Origin: Octopus bimaculoides
Taxonomy: Eukaryota
Assembly (NCBI RefSeq): GCF_001194135.2
Contig: NC_068981.1
Span: 88,051,947-88,108,655, forward strand
Length of the DNA stretch: 56,709 bases
Reading direction: 5' to 3'
How positions within the stretch are numbered: the first letter of the stretch is position 1; each line of letters starts with the position of its first letter. The position numbers and the translations under genes were made by a program. Positions 36,075 to 46,995 of this stretch are shown here, piece by piece. The notes beneath the pieces were generated by a model that saw only the letters and a list, made by a program, of their open reading frames with translations, was not told the DNA's origin and made no database searches.

Positions 36075-36259
36075 GGTGCAGGCATGGCTGTGTGGTATGA
36101 AGCTTGCTTCCCAACCACATGGTTCTAGGTTCAGTCCCACTGCATGGCACCTTGGGCAAGTGTCTTCTACTATAGTCTCAGGCTGACCAAAGCCTTGTGA
36201 GTGGATTTGGTAGTCGGAAACTGAAAGAAGTTCGTCGTATATGTATGTATGTATGTATG

Positions 36260-36321
<62 letters not shown>

Positions 36322-36515
36322 TTTGTGTCAGTGTTTGTTGTCCCACCATCGCTTGACAACTGATGTTCGTGTGTTTACTTCTATGTAACTTAGCGGTTCT
36401 GCAAATGAGACTGATAGAATAAGTACCAGGCTTACAAAGAATAAGTCCTGTTTGAGGTGGTGCTCCAGCATGACTGCAGTCAAATGACTGAAACAAGTAA
36501 AAGAATAAAAGAACG
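36075..36515 (+). mobile_element. CORE-type SINE (OR2-like), full length with (TA)/(TG)n insert
   Basis: tRNA head, ACCTTGGGCAAGTGTCTTCTAC, and the tail GGTGGTGCTCCAGCATG.CTGCAGTCAAATGACTGAAACAAGTAAAAGAATA. Confidence 0.9.
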
Positions 36516-36854
36516 CACACACACACACACTGACACACACACACACTGACACACACACACTGACACACACACACTGACACACACACACATGGAATTATGG
36601 AGCATATGTGGTAATATGAGATGAAACAGAAGAAATACGCTTTGTAAAAATGCTAAGAAAATAAAGGCCAAGAAATGAAAGACATAGGTAGAATTTAAGT
36701 CTAGAAGAAATTTTAGGATTTCCATAAAGGATTTGAATATAATTAAAATATTAACATATGCAGCAATAGAAAGTATAGTTAAGGGGGAAAAAATTAGTGA
36801 AATATAGGTGAATGAATGGATATGTAGGAGTGAGAGAGATAGAGAGAGGGAGAA

Positions 36855-36864
36855 GGAGATAGAC

Positions 36865-36902
<38 letters not shown>

Positions 36903-36905
36903 GTA
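36855..36905 (+). repeat. (GATA)n microsatellite
   Basis: Direct reading. Confidence 0.95.
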
Positions 36906-36956
36906 GAGAGAGATGGGGGCGAGAACAGAAGAGCAATAGGAAGAGAATGAACTGAC

Positions 36957-37017
36957 CTGTGTAATCACTGTCAACCGATCTAGCTAGACAACCACTTAAT
37001 ACAGGAGAAATGAAGAT
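36957..37017 (-). other. Candidate exon (61 nt)
   Basis: Acceptor TCTGTATTTGTGCAG and donor CAG|GTCAGT. Open only in phase 0 (IFISPVLSGCLARSVDSDYT). Confidence 0.3.
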
Positions 37018-37198
37018 CTGCACAAATACAGATTTTTTTTTCCAGTTTTAGTAGTTAGGCCTCTCTGTCTGGACCAATGTTTGTCATGTGTGGGAGGATG
37101 AGAGGAAGAGGGAGAGGCAGGGAAGAATGAGAAGTGCTGTAATGCAAATACACAAACACACGCACACACATTTATTTATACATACATACATACAAATA

Positions 37199-37243
<45 letters not shown>

Positions 37244-37779
37244 CATTATTGTCTGCAGTGTATGTCAGCAGGCAAAAAAGACAAAAAAACATCAAGCAGT
37301 TCTTTTATCTGATCAGCTGAATATATTGTTCTGTGTCTATGAATAAGTTTAGTTTGGAAATGAGAGTTTGCTTAATAACAGCAACTATCAAATCCAGCTG
37401 CAGTCAAGAACACAATAAAGCATTCAGATAGCCAGCTGATACCAGATGTGATTCACAATGCTAAATACTACTAAGAGTTAATTCATTTGGTGAGCTTCAT
37501 CCAGGAGACAGAGACAACAAGATGTCTCCAGTCTAGCAAAATGATTAAGTTGTCCTGAAAGAGGACAATAATGAAAAGACAGTTAATTACATACAACTCC
37601 ACTGTTTACTGCTTGATCTATCAACTGAAATATTGATTGAAATCTGTTTCATAGTTTTCCATGCAACCAGTCTTTTAATGAATCTTTACTGATTCAAAAT
37701 TGAAATTAAAAAAAAAATATGAGCTGTGTTTCTTTACTTTAAACTTGTGTGACAACTTGCCCCTGTCTCTGTCTGTCTG

Positions 37780-38175
37780 TGTGTCTCTTTCTCATATACG
37801 TGCACATATATGTACATGCATACAATGTATATGTGTCTGCATACACATGCATGTGCATGCATGCATATATATGCACATATCCATAAACACACCTACACAT
37901 ATGTAGACATGCACACACACACATATACAGATGCCACACATGTACACAAGCACACACACACATGTACACATGCACACATACACGTACACATGCACACACA
38001 CACAGATGTACACATGCATATACACACACACGTACACATGCACACACACATGTACACACACATATACATGTATACACATGTGCACATGCACACACACATG
38101 CACATGTATACACATGTGGACATGTATACACACGTGCATATGCTCACACACACGTGCACAGTACACACACACATG
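37780..38175 (+). repeat. Cryptic CA/CATG-rich simple repeat next to a gap
   Basis: ACACATG(C/T)ACAC variants. This repeat is the source of the long spurious His/Thr and Cys/Val ORFs. Confidence 0.95.
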
Positions 38176-38702
38176 NNNNNNNNNNNNNNNNNNNNNNNNN
38201 NNNNNNNNNNNNNNNNNNNNNNNNNNNNNNNNNNNNNNNNNNNNNNNNNNNNNNNNNNNNNNNNNNNNNNNNNNNNNNNNNNNNNNNNNNNNNNNNNNNN
38301 NNNNNNNNNNNNNNNNNNNNNNNNNNNNNNNNNNNNNNNNNNNNNNNNNNNNNNNNNNNNNNNNNNNNNNNNNNNNNNNNNNNNNNNNNNNNNNNNNNNN
38401 NNNNNNNNNNNNNNNNNNNNNNNNNNNNNNNNNNNNNNNNNNNNNNNNNNNNNNNNNNNNNNNNNNNNNNNNNNNNNNNNNNNNNNNNNNNNNNNNNNNN
38501 NNNNNNNNNNNNNNNNNNNNNNNNNNNNNNNNNNNNNNNNNNNNNNNNNNNNNNNNNNNNNNNNNNNNNNNNNNNNNNNNNNNNNNNNNNNNNNNNNNNN
38601 NNNNNNNNNNNNNNNNNNNNNNNNNNNNNNNNNNNNNNNNNNNNNNNNNNNNNNNNNNNNNNNNNNNNNNNNNNNNNNNNNNTATATATATATATATATA
38701 TC

Positions 38703-41700
38703 ACCATCGTTTAACGTCTGTTTTCCATGCTGGCATGGGTTGGACGGTTTGACTGAGGTCTGGAGAGCCAGCGGCTGCACCAGGCTCCAATCTGATCTGG
38801 CAACATTTCTACAGCTGGATGCTCTTTCTAATGTCAACCACACTGAGAGTATAGTGGGTGCTTTTTACGTGCCACTGGCGCATGAGCCAGTCATGTGGGC
38901 CTGGCATCAACCACGTTTGGAGAGTGCTTTTTAAGTGCCACTGGCACAGGGGAGAGACAGGGGGTACTGGCATCAGTCACGTTCAGATAGTGCTTTTTAC
39001 ATGCCACCAGCATGGGAGCCAGTCAGGGGGTACTGGCCACAGCTACGATATTGGTTTTATTTAACTCAACAGGCCTTCTCATGCATATCATATCACCTGA
39101 CACATCAGGGGTACTCTTAACTGGGCCAGATATGCATGGCTGTGATCTCACTTCAGTTGCTGGTCTCAGTCTCCTATCAATACCTCTGTGAGGCACAATG
39201 TTTGAAGGTCATGCTTCAACACCTCATCCCATGTCTTCCTGTGTCTACCTCTTCCACAGGTTCCTTCCACAGTTAGGGAGTGGCACTTCCTCACACAGCT
39301 GTCCTTATCCATATGTAACACATGACCATACTAGTGCAGTCATCTCTCTTGCACACCACATTTGATGCTTCTTGTGCCCAACTTTTCTCTTAGGGTGCTT
39401 ACATTCTGTTGTGTATGCACACTGACATTACACATCCAGCGGATCATGCTAGCTTCATCTTTTTCAAGCCGATGCATATCCTCAGCAGTCATGGCCCATG
39501 TTTCAATGCTATGTAGCATGGTAGTTCACACACATGCATCATACAGTCTAACTTTCATCCTGAGCGAGAGGCCCTTAGTTGCCAGCAGAAGTAAGAGCTC
39601 CCAGAACTTTGCCCAGGCTATTCTTATTCAAGCTGCTGCACTTTCAGAGCAACCACCCCCACAACAGACTTGGTCACCTAATGGAAACTATTGACTTCGT
39701 CTAGTTTCTCCTCCTGGTATGTGGTGGAATCTGTTTTCTGAACATCATTATTTATTGCCCCTGTGCATCTGCCACACACAAAAACTATCTTCCCGGTTAA
39801 CCTTCCTTTGACATTGCTTCACCTTTTATGTGTCCATCGCTTACACTGAGTACATAGTATGGAGTTTCTACCTACGCCTTTTCTACAGATCCAGCAGGGA
39901 CATCTACCTGAAGGGGTTTGTGATTTGACAGCCTTCCTACTTACTAAGACTTTGGTTTTTGCTAGGTTAATCCTAAGGCCCTTCAATTCTAGACCTTGCT
40001 TCCACACCCTAAACTTCGTCTCTAGTTCTAGTAGTGACTCGGCTATGAGGGCAAGGTCATCTGCACAGAGAAGCTCCCAGGAGCATCTTGTCTTGAATTC
40101 TTCTGTAATTGCCTGGAGGACTATGATGAATAAGAGGTGGCTGAGGACTGATTCTTGGTGAACTACTTCTACTCTGAATTCTTCACTATACTCGTTGCCA
40201 ACCATTACCTTACAAACAGCTTCCCTGTACAAGGCTTGTACAGCTCTTACCAACCACTTGTCTATCCCCAGTTTCTGTATTGACTACCAGATAAGGGATT
40301 GGGGACCCTGTCAAAGGTTTTCTCCAAGTCAACAAAAGTCAAGTACAGGGGTTTATCTTTGGCTAGATATTTCTCCTGCTGTTGCATAACCAGAAATATA
40401 AGCATCAGTGGTGCTTCTGCCTGGCATAAAACCAAACTGCATCTCATCTAGGCTAACTCTCTCCCAAATTAGTTGGACTATGACCCTCTCTATAACTTTC
40501 ATCACCTGATCCAATAATTTGATACCCCTGTAGTTATTTCTATCTAAAGTATCACCTTTACCCCTGTAGCAGTTGACTATGGTGCTGCTATACCAGTCAT
40601 TGGGTATGACTCCTTCGTGAACTACCTGATTTACAATATGGGTGACTAGACCATAACCCACACCACCCTATATTTTAAGCATCTCAGCGGTGATTCCTGA
40701 TGGGCTAGGTGCTTTCCTTGTCTTCATATTCTTAATTGCTTTATCTACTATGGTACTGCTGATTTGGGTAGCTGGTCCCTCATTTGGGTCAACCTTTGGC
40801 AGACACTCCTCCTCCCATTCAGCAGTCTTTCATAATGGCATCTCCAAGCCTCTTTCTTTGCAGAATCATTTGACACAAGGGCACCATCATCCATGTGGAC
40901 ACATTTCTTTCCTATGACATTGTGGTTTTTTTCTCACACACTCTCTTGCAATCTGTAATACTTCAGCTCATATTGCTGAACATTGGCAAACTTCTTTTCT
41001 GCTACTCCTATGGCTATATACACCTGTCTCCTAGCTTCCCTTTTGGCTATCTGATACAATCTCCTGCTACTCCCACTCTTCCAGGCCTTCCAAGCCTGTT
41101 TCTTTGTTCTAATGGCCCTGTCTACAGTATTGTTCCACCACCATGTTACCCGAGGTCTTTGGAAGAGACTTTGCACCAGCCGCAGATTTGGTCTGTGGCA
41201 CTCAGGAAGCTGTCTCGCAGGAATTCCCAGCTGCCTTCTATATCACAGGACTGTAGCTCCTCCTCCCTATCATCAAATTTCTCGGTAAGGATATCCCTAA
41301 ATCTCTGACCATGTGAAGGGTTCTTAAGCTTCCAAGTCCTTCTTTTCCAGATTGGTCTGCTTTTTGGCATCCTTCTGGCCTCAAGTTTAGAGTCACTAAT
41401 AACTAGTCTATGTTGTGAGGTACATTCTTCACCAGGGAGGGTCTTTGTGTTTAAGAGCAACCATGCATCCTGCTGTGTGGTGAGAATGAAATCAATCTGG
41501 TGAGCAGAGTCACCTGATTGATAGGTTATCAGGTGGTTAGCTGGCTTCCTGAAGTTGGTGTTGCAGATCACTAGGTTATTTGCATTGCAGAACTTCAGGA
41601 GCCTAGTTCCCTCTTCATTTCTGGAACCAACACCATGGCCCCCCATGTACACCATGGAAAATACCAGGTTGCTGTCTGACATGCCCATTAAAATCTCCAG

Positions 41701-41807
41701 CCACAAAGATGAGATCATTGTCACTCATCTTTGAGGTAGCCCGCAGAAGAATATCATAAAAGTGATCCTTCTGTTCATTTGGTAGGCTCATGTGTGGGGC
41801 ATAGGTA

Positions 41808-41808
<1 letters not shown>
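38703..41808 (-). mobile_element. RTE-clade LINE (APE end, RT, C-terminus and family A 3' UTR), decayed and internally deleted
   Basis: APE AGDFNG / NTNFRKP / IDFIL. RT YRG.GD.LDRNNYRGIKLL, QFGFMPGRST, FVDLEK.FDRVP, V.VHQ.SVLS.LLF, CADDLAL, INLAKTKV. C-terminus GRGRPRKTWD. Then tandem 60-bp units and a (GAT)-type tail. Confidence 0.9.
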
Positions 41809-41854
<46 letters not shown>

Positions 41855-41859
<5 letters not shown>

Positions 41860-42000
41860 GAGGCTTGTTTCAGTGTTTATCTACCAAAATCCATTCACAA
41901 GCTATAGCAGAAGATGCTTGCACAAGGTGACATACAATGGACTGAATCTGGAACCGTGTGGTTGGGAAGCAAACTTCTTACCACATAGCCATGTCTGCTA
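41855..42000 (-). mobile_element. OR2-like SINE 5' part
   Basis: tRNA-like head and a decayed CORE-like block. Confidence 0.65.
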
Positions 42001-42419
42001 TTTATACATATATATATATATATATCCTGTGCTCTTTGATCATAACACATAAAACCATTCCATCTATTAGTAAAACTCACAAATGACAAAGTCACTTGTT
42101 TAATATGTTGTTAGCTTGGTACAAAAATAATTGTGGTCTTTGTTATTTTAAAATCCGATGCTTGTTTTGGAATAAACTTTTATCTAACTACATTTGGTCT
42201 AAACCATGCCAGCATGGAAAATGGACGGTAAAGGATGATGATGATTTGTGTAATATGTTATTTGGAAATTTAAGCAGATTTTGGTCCCCTTGATTCATGC
42301 TAATAGGTTTGCTTTCACTGTTTACTCTTGCTTGTCAAATTGAACATGGAGAAAACAAAAATAAATATAAAAAAATAAATAAGCAATTTCCAGCAAATTT
42401 ATTGTAAGATCTCAAAATG

Positions 42420-43205
42420 GAACACAATACAGTGGAGATTGCTTGCAATATCAACCAAGCAGTTGGTCAGGAGGCCATCAACAAATACAGCTCAACATTG
42501 ATTCAAAAGGTTTACGTGGTGGAGATGAGAGGTTTTGATATATCGAATGTTGTGAATGATCTTCTATGGTTGACAACAACCAGCTAAGGACCATTATCAA
42601 AAAAGTGGATCCATACAAAATAACTCAAGAGATGGAAGAAAAAAAGAAAGCACTGACCATTTAACTGTTGTTTGACATTTGCACCACATTGCAAAGTCAA
42701 AACAACCTTGACAGATGGTTGCTGCATGAGTTGAATATAAATTTATAAAAAAAAAAAAAAAAGGAAATAGTTGTTAAGAAGTTTGCTCTGCATTTCCTTT
42801 GTGTAACAAAAATTATTTCTCGATCATGTTGTGACAAGTGTCAAAAAAGGAACGTAGCAACTGACAATATCTGAACTGAAGCGAAGCACCAAAACATTTT
42901 TCCAAACGAGAAGGTTATGACCAATGGTTGGTGGTTGACAGGTAGAAGTGTTGACTAGTAATCTTGAATTCTGACAAAACCATCATAGCTGAAATGTGCT
43001 GCCAGGAACTTAGAAAAAGCACCAAGAACTTCAATGTTTACATCTAGCATTTATCAATTGAAAAGAACCAATTGTTCTCCATGACAACACCCAAACATGT
43101 TTTTGAAATGTCTGTAGAAATTGAATAAACTGGGCTATGAAACTATGTCACCCACTTTACTTCTCCAATTGACAAACTACTTTTTCAAGCATCTCAAAAA
43201 CTTGC
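42420..43205 (+). mobile_element. mariner transposase relic
   Basis: HTH region (NINQA.GQE..VDNNQLRTII..DP) and catalytic remnants (LHDN.. / KLNKLGYET / YFFKHL). Heavily frameshifted. Confidence 0.8.
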
Positions 43206-43239
43206 AAAAGTTACTAACAACCAATTCAATTCTTATGAA

Positions 43240-43445
43240 ATACTAATTTCAAATTTTGGCACAAGGCCAGCAACTTCGGGGGGAGGGTTAAGCTGATTGC
43301 ACTGACACCAGTACTTAACTGGTACTTATTTTATTGACCCCGAAGGAATGAAAGGCAAAGTCAACCTTGGCAGAATGTGAAAATGGATGAAGGCCCCTAA
43401 GCATTCTGCCTAGCATGCTAACGATTCTGCTAGCTCACTGCCAAG
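43240..43445 (-). mobile_element. Family B SINE
   Basis: GGTACTTATTTTATTGACCCCGAAGGAATGAAAGGCAAAGTCAAC is the reverse complement of the core. Confidence 0.85.
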
Positions 43446-43714
43446 ATACTGAAATGCTTTAACAACTAGGCAGCAGTTCAGAATACCTTTACAAAGAAAT
43501 CAATCAGTTCTATAACATTAGAATTCTATGCTACCAGAAACAGATTTGTTTCTGGTTGGTAAAAATGTGAATGCTCTAAAGGTTATTGTTTCAATATATT
43601 TGATTCTAAGGTAATATATATTGCTTCAATGTTGTGAGCTAAATGCTAGAATAATTTATTTTGCATTAACCTGATACTTGTACATCCCAGATAGTGCACT
43701 CACTGAAAACTTAC

Positions 43715-43762
43715 ACACTCAGACACATAAATTCTGGGTAACATCCAAAACAAGCAATCTAC
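43715..43762 (-). other. Candidate exon (48 nt)
   Basis: Acceptor TATTTTACTCCTTATTCTAG and donor GT|GTAAGT. Open only in phase 0 (VDCLFWMLPRIYVSEC). Confidence 0.25.
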
Positions 43763-44271
43763 CTAGAATAAGGAGTAAAATAGAGTGGATATGGTATTGA
43801 ACCACCAATTCATAAGTCTTGAGTTCAGATCCACAGCAGGAATTACATTGTGTATTTGAGCAGTACATTTAATTTTGTGCCACAAGTTACATAGGCATTG
43901 TAAATATGTATCTTATCTGAGGTTAAACAACACCCATGGGAGAAATATTTCTCATTTATCTATCATCATAAAAGTAAAGCCATGCACTAGTAGTGAAGAT
44001 CCTCTTGAAGTTTAAGAGATATTTACATCTTCAAAATAGCTTGATAGAAAAACTTCACTCGTTAACAATTTATAACTACTGACACATTCAGAATCTGTAT
44101 CTTCCTATCTCTTCTACTTGCACTATGAAATTTCTTTTTAGTGGCCTCGGTACCAATGAAATTTAACACTATTTCACCTGCTCAACTCCTATCATCCTTA
44201 CTATGGCCTTACTTCTCAGTTTGATGTACTAAATGCATTACTCCATTATTCTACAGAACAAGATCTGTCTA

Positions 44272-44758
44272 CATTATTTACATTTGACAGATATTTGTCC
44301 TCATCTTGTTTGTTGTTAACACAATGTTTTGGTTGATATACCTTCCAGCCTTCATCAGGTATCTTGGGGGGAAATTTCGAATCTGGGTTCTCATTCCTAA
44401 GGTATTTTTTGATGTTATTATTGTTATTATTCATGTCACTGCCTAGAATTGAACTCGGAATCTTGGGGTTAGTAGTCCATGCTCTCATAGTCCACAGGCA
44501 TATGGCGTAGTGGTTAAGAGCGTGGGCTACTAACCCCAAAATTCCGAATTCAATTCCAGGCAGTGACATGAATAATAATAATAATAACAACATCAAAAAA
44601 TACCTTAGGAATGAGAACCCAGATTCGAAATTTCCCCCCAAAATACCCGATGAAGGCTGGAAGGTATATCAACCAAAACATTGTGTTAACAACAAATAAG
44701 ATGAGGACAAATATCTGTCAAATGTAAATAATTCCTCATCTCTTAAATATAAAACTGT
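44272..44758. mobile_element. Penelope-derived foldback element (tRNA head + decayed hammerhead arms), 12-bp TSD
   Basis: Inverted ~220-bp arms. AAGATCTGTCTA at 44260-44271 and 44759-44770. Same termini as 16383-16870. Confidence 0.88.
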
Positions 44759-44773
44759 AAGATCTGTCTAAAT

Positions 44774-45005
44774 CAGCAGTTCTCAGCTGGGGTCCATGTA
44801 AGGTTTTGTTAAAATTTATCTGCAATAAATTGCTTATACTTCTACAATACATAAAATATTTTAATTTTTTAATACAATTCCTAATAATATTTAATTATAA
44901 AAACACAATAGGATTCTTTTTTCATATACTGAATGGTGATGGAGGTCCAATTAAAGTAAAATAGGAAAATGGGGTCTATAGGCAAATAATGGTTGAGAAC
45001 CACTG
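44774..45005. mobile_element. hAT (Charlie-like) MITE
   Basis: CAGCAGTTCTCAGC / GTTGAGAACCACTG TIRs. TSD GTCTAAAT / CTCTAAAT. Same family as 30342-30600. Confidence 0.8.
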
Positions 45006-45139
45006 CTCTAAATTACCTTTTCCATTCATTTATCTGTAACAAATTAACCATAAAATTAGCTTTGTTAGCCTTACAGAGTCACCCATGCTAAAGTAAAGTG
45101 AAGTTACCTTCTCAAGTCATATCACCTCATAACGGTCAG

Positions 45140-45350
45140 TTTCTCAGTTTCATGGTGTACATATTCCCCACCTGGATGGGACACTGGTCTGTTGCAGAAT
45201 TACTCATTTTTGCTGGCTGAGTGGACTGGAGCAACGTTAAGTGAAGTGTTTTGCTCAAGAACACAACATATCACCTGGTCCAGGAATCAAAACCACAATC
45301 TTACGATCATGAGTCCAACACCCTAACCACTAAGCTACGTGCCTCCACAG
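45140..45350 (-). mobile_element. Family D SINE
   Basis: TTACTCATTTTTGCTGGCTGAGTGGACTGGAGCAAC...ACCCTAACCACTAAG. Confidence 0.85.
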
Positions 45351-46299
45351 TCACCCTTGTACTCTGAGATATTGTGATGTAAAAGATTATGGACACTGTA
45401 CCTTATTAACTTACTCAAACTTTGTATGTCTAACTTTATGAATTTCAGACAGTTTGTCCAGGTCACGTGTTTTGTAAAAACAGCTCCAATAACCTGCCAG
45501 TAGTAATTCAAATCTTACTATAGGCATCACATTCCAACCACATAAAAGATTACTTAATCCAAAAATGAATTTGATTTGCTCAATATAGCAGTCAAATCTT
45601 GTCTGAACAAATACTCTCCATTACAATGGGGACCATATATTTTGAGTTCTACATATTAAGAAAGAATGCATTAGATTCATATAGAAAGAAGACAACCGAT
45701 GTTACTGCAGATGAAATTCATGATATTTTATCCAAACTAACATGCTGGGTGTCCATGCCAGAGACTGTTGAAACATAGCTGATCAAGATTACATGAAAGC
45801 ATAAGACTACTTGATTTTACTCAAGTTCATCAACAAAATGAGTACAACTTCTCCCTCATGGCTGCATATATGATGTTAGAAAAATGGCAATTATTGCAAC
45901 AACCTGTGTCACCATCATCATAATTTTACATCAGCTTTCATGCAGATTTGGATTGGGTGTATTCTCATAGTCTGAATCTTTTCTGACTCAGTGTTACTAT
46001 CTTCCAAGATTGGATGGAGAAACAGGTCTTAATATGTTCCATTTTTGGTATAGTTTCTATGGCTGGATGCCTTTCCTAATATCACCCACCTTATAGAGTG
46101 TACTGAGTGCATTTTATCACAGTACCAATATGAGAGTTTGTCATGTCCTTGGCAAGAATAAAAGATCTTCTCAACTCTGTATTATCTCCATTCATTCACC
46201 AATCACAAAGCACTGGGGAAGATGTGCAGGAGAGGAAATTATTTCATCAAATCAGAAATGATAAAAGGCAATGTCTATCTTTGCAATATTTGAACTCAG

Positions 46300-46805
46300 A
46301 ACATGAAGGTGTGTAATAAATAACCTTTTCTACTCTAGGCACAAGACCTGAAATTTTAAGGGAGGGGACTAATCGATTACATCGACTCCAGTTTTTCACT
46401 GGTACTTAATTTATCGATCCTGAAAGGATGAAAGGCAAAGTCAAACTTGGCAGAATTTGAACTCAGAATATAGCAACAGGCAAAATACCACAAGGTGGGT
46501 AATAAATAACACTAGACATTTAGTCCATTTCTGCCACTTCACCTTATATCATCATCACTTGGACATTCTTGAGGCCTACAGCTCACAGGTCTGGTTACTT
46601 GATTTCCATGGTGAGACCACAACATTCCCCTTGAATGGGATACCAGTCTGTCATGGGGTTACTCATTTACAGCTGAATGGACTGAAGCAATATGAAATGA
46701 AGTGTTATGCTCAAGAAAACAACACACTTTCCAATCCAGGAATCAAAACAATGCTCTTGCAATCATGAGTGTGTCACCCTCACAACTAGGCCATGTGCCT
46801 TCTTC
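46300..46805 (-). mobile_element. Family B SINE (46300-46500) and family D SINE (46590-46805)
   Basis: Family cores as described above. Confidence 0.75.
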
Positions 46806-46844
46806 ACCTTATAAAAAAAAGTAGTAAAAGGGTAGATCTCTTAC

Positions 46845-46995
46845 CTGAAGTTGTCTGTAGTCCAAAGGGAAAAAGATTCTTCTTTCCACGGCTATAACCT
46901 GACTTCTGGACAATGGTTCGAATTGAAGAATATATCAACGAAGAACGTTGCAAAAGTAGGTTCTTTGACAAAAGATTCAGCATCAGTTTATTGAT
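46845..46995 (-). CDS. Candidate host exon (151 nt), product unidentified
   Basis: Acceptor CATTCTTGTTTTCTTCCAG and donor CAG|GTAAGA. One open frame, INKLMLNLLSKNLLLQRSSLIYSSIRTIVQKSGYSRGKKNLFPFGLQTTS. CpGs are retained and the sequence does not match repeats I recognise. Confidence 0.35.

Noticed and set aside
37739-38934. Long His/Thr/Met- and Cys/Val-rich ORFs (up to 374 aa)
   Set aside because: They are translations of CA/TG simple repeats and N gaps, open in several frames on both strands. The same applies at 35210-36590.
44497-44567. Genuine tRNA gene (ACT anticodon)
   Set aside because: The acceptor and anticodon stems pair poorly, and it is embedded in a repeated mobile module. It is a SINE-type head.
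46861-46955. Alternative plus-strand exon (QREKDSSFHGYNLTSGQWFELKNISTKNVAK)
   Set aside because: Its acceptor is weaker than the overlapping minus-strand candidate and it has no supporting neighbours. It cannot be excluded without RNA data.
36957-46995. Identification of the candidate exons as PNPT1 (SGCLARS.D vs SGKLARFAD) or PARL (QKSGY vs QKCGF)
   Set aside because: The motif resemblances are short, the intron phases and flanking residues do not fit, and no conserved downstream exons were found. No gene symbol is assigned.
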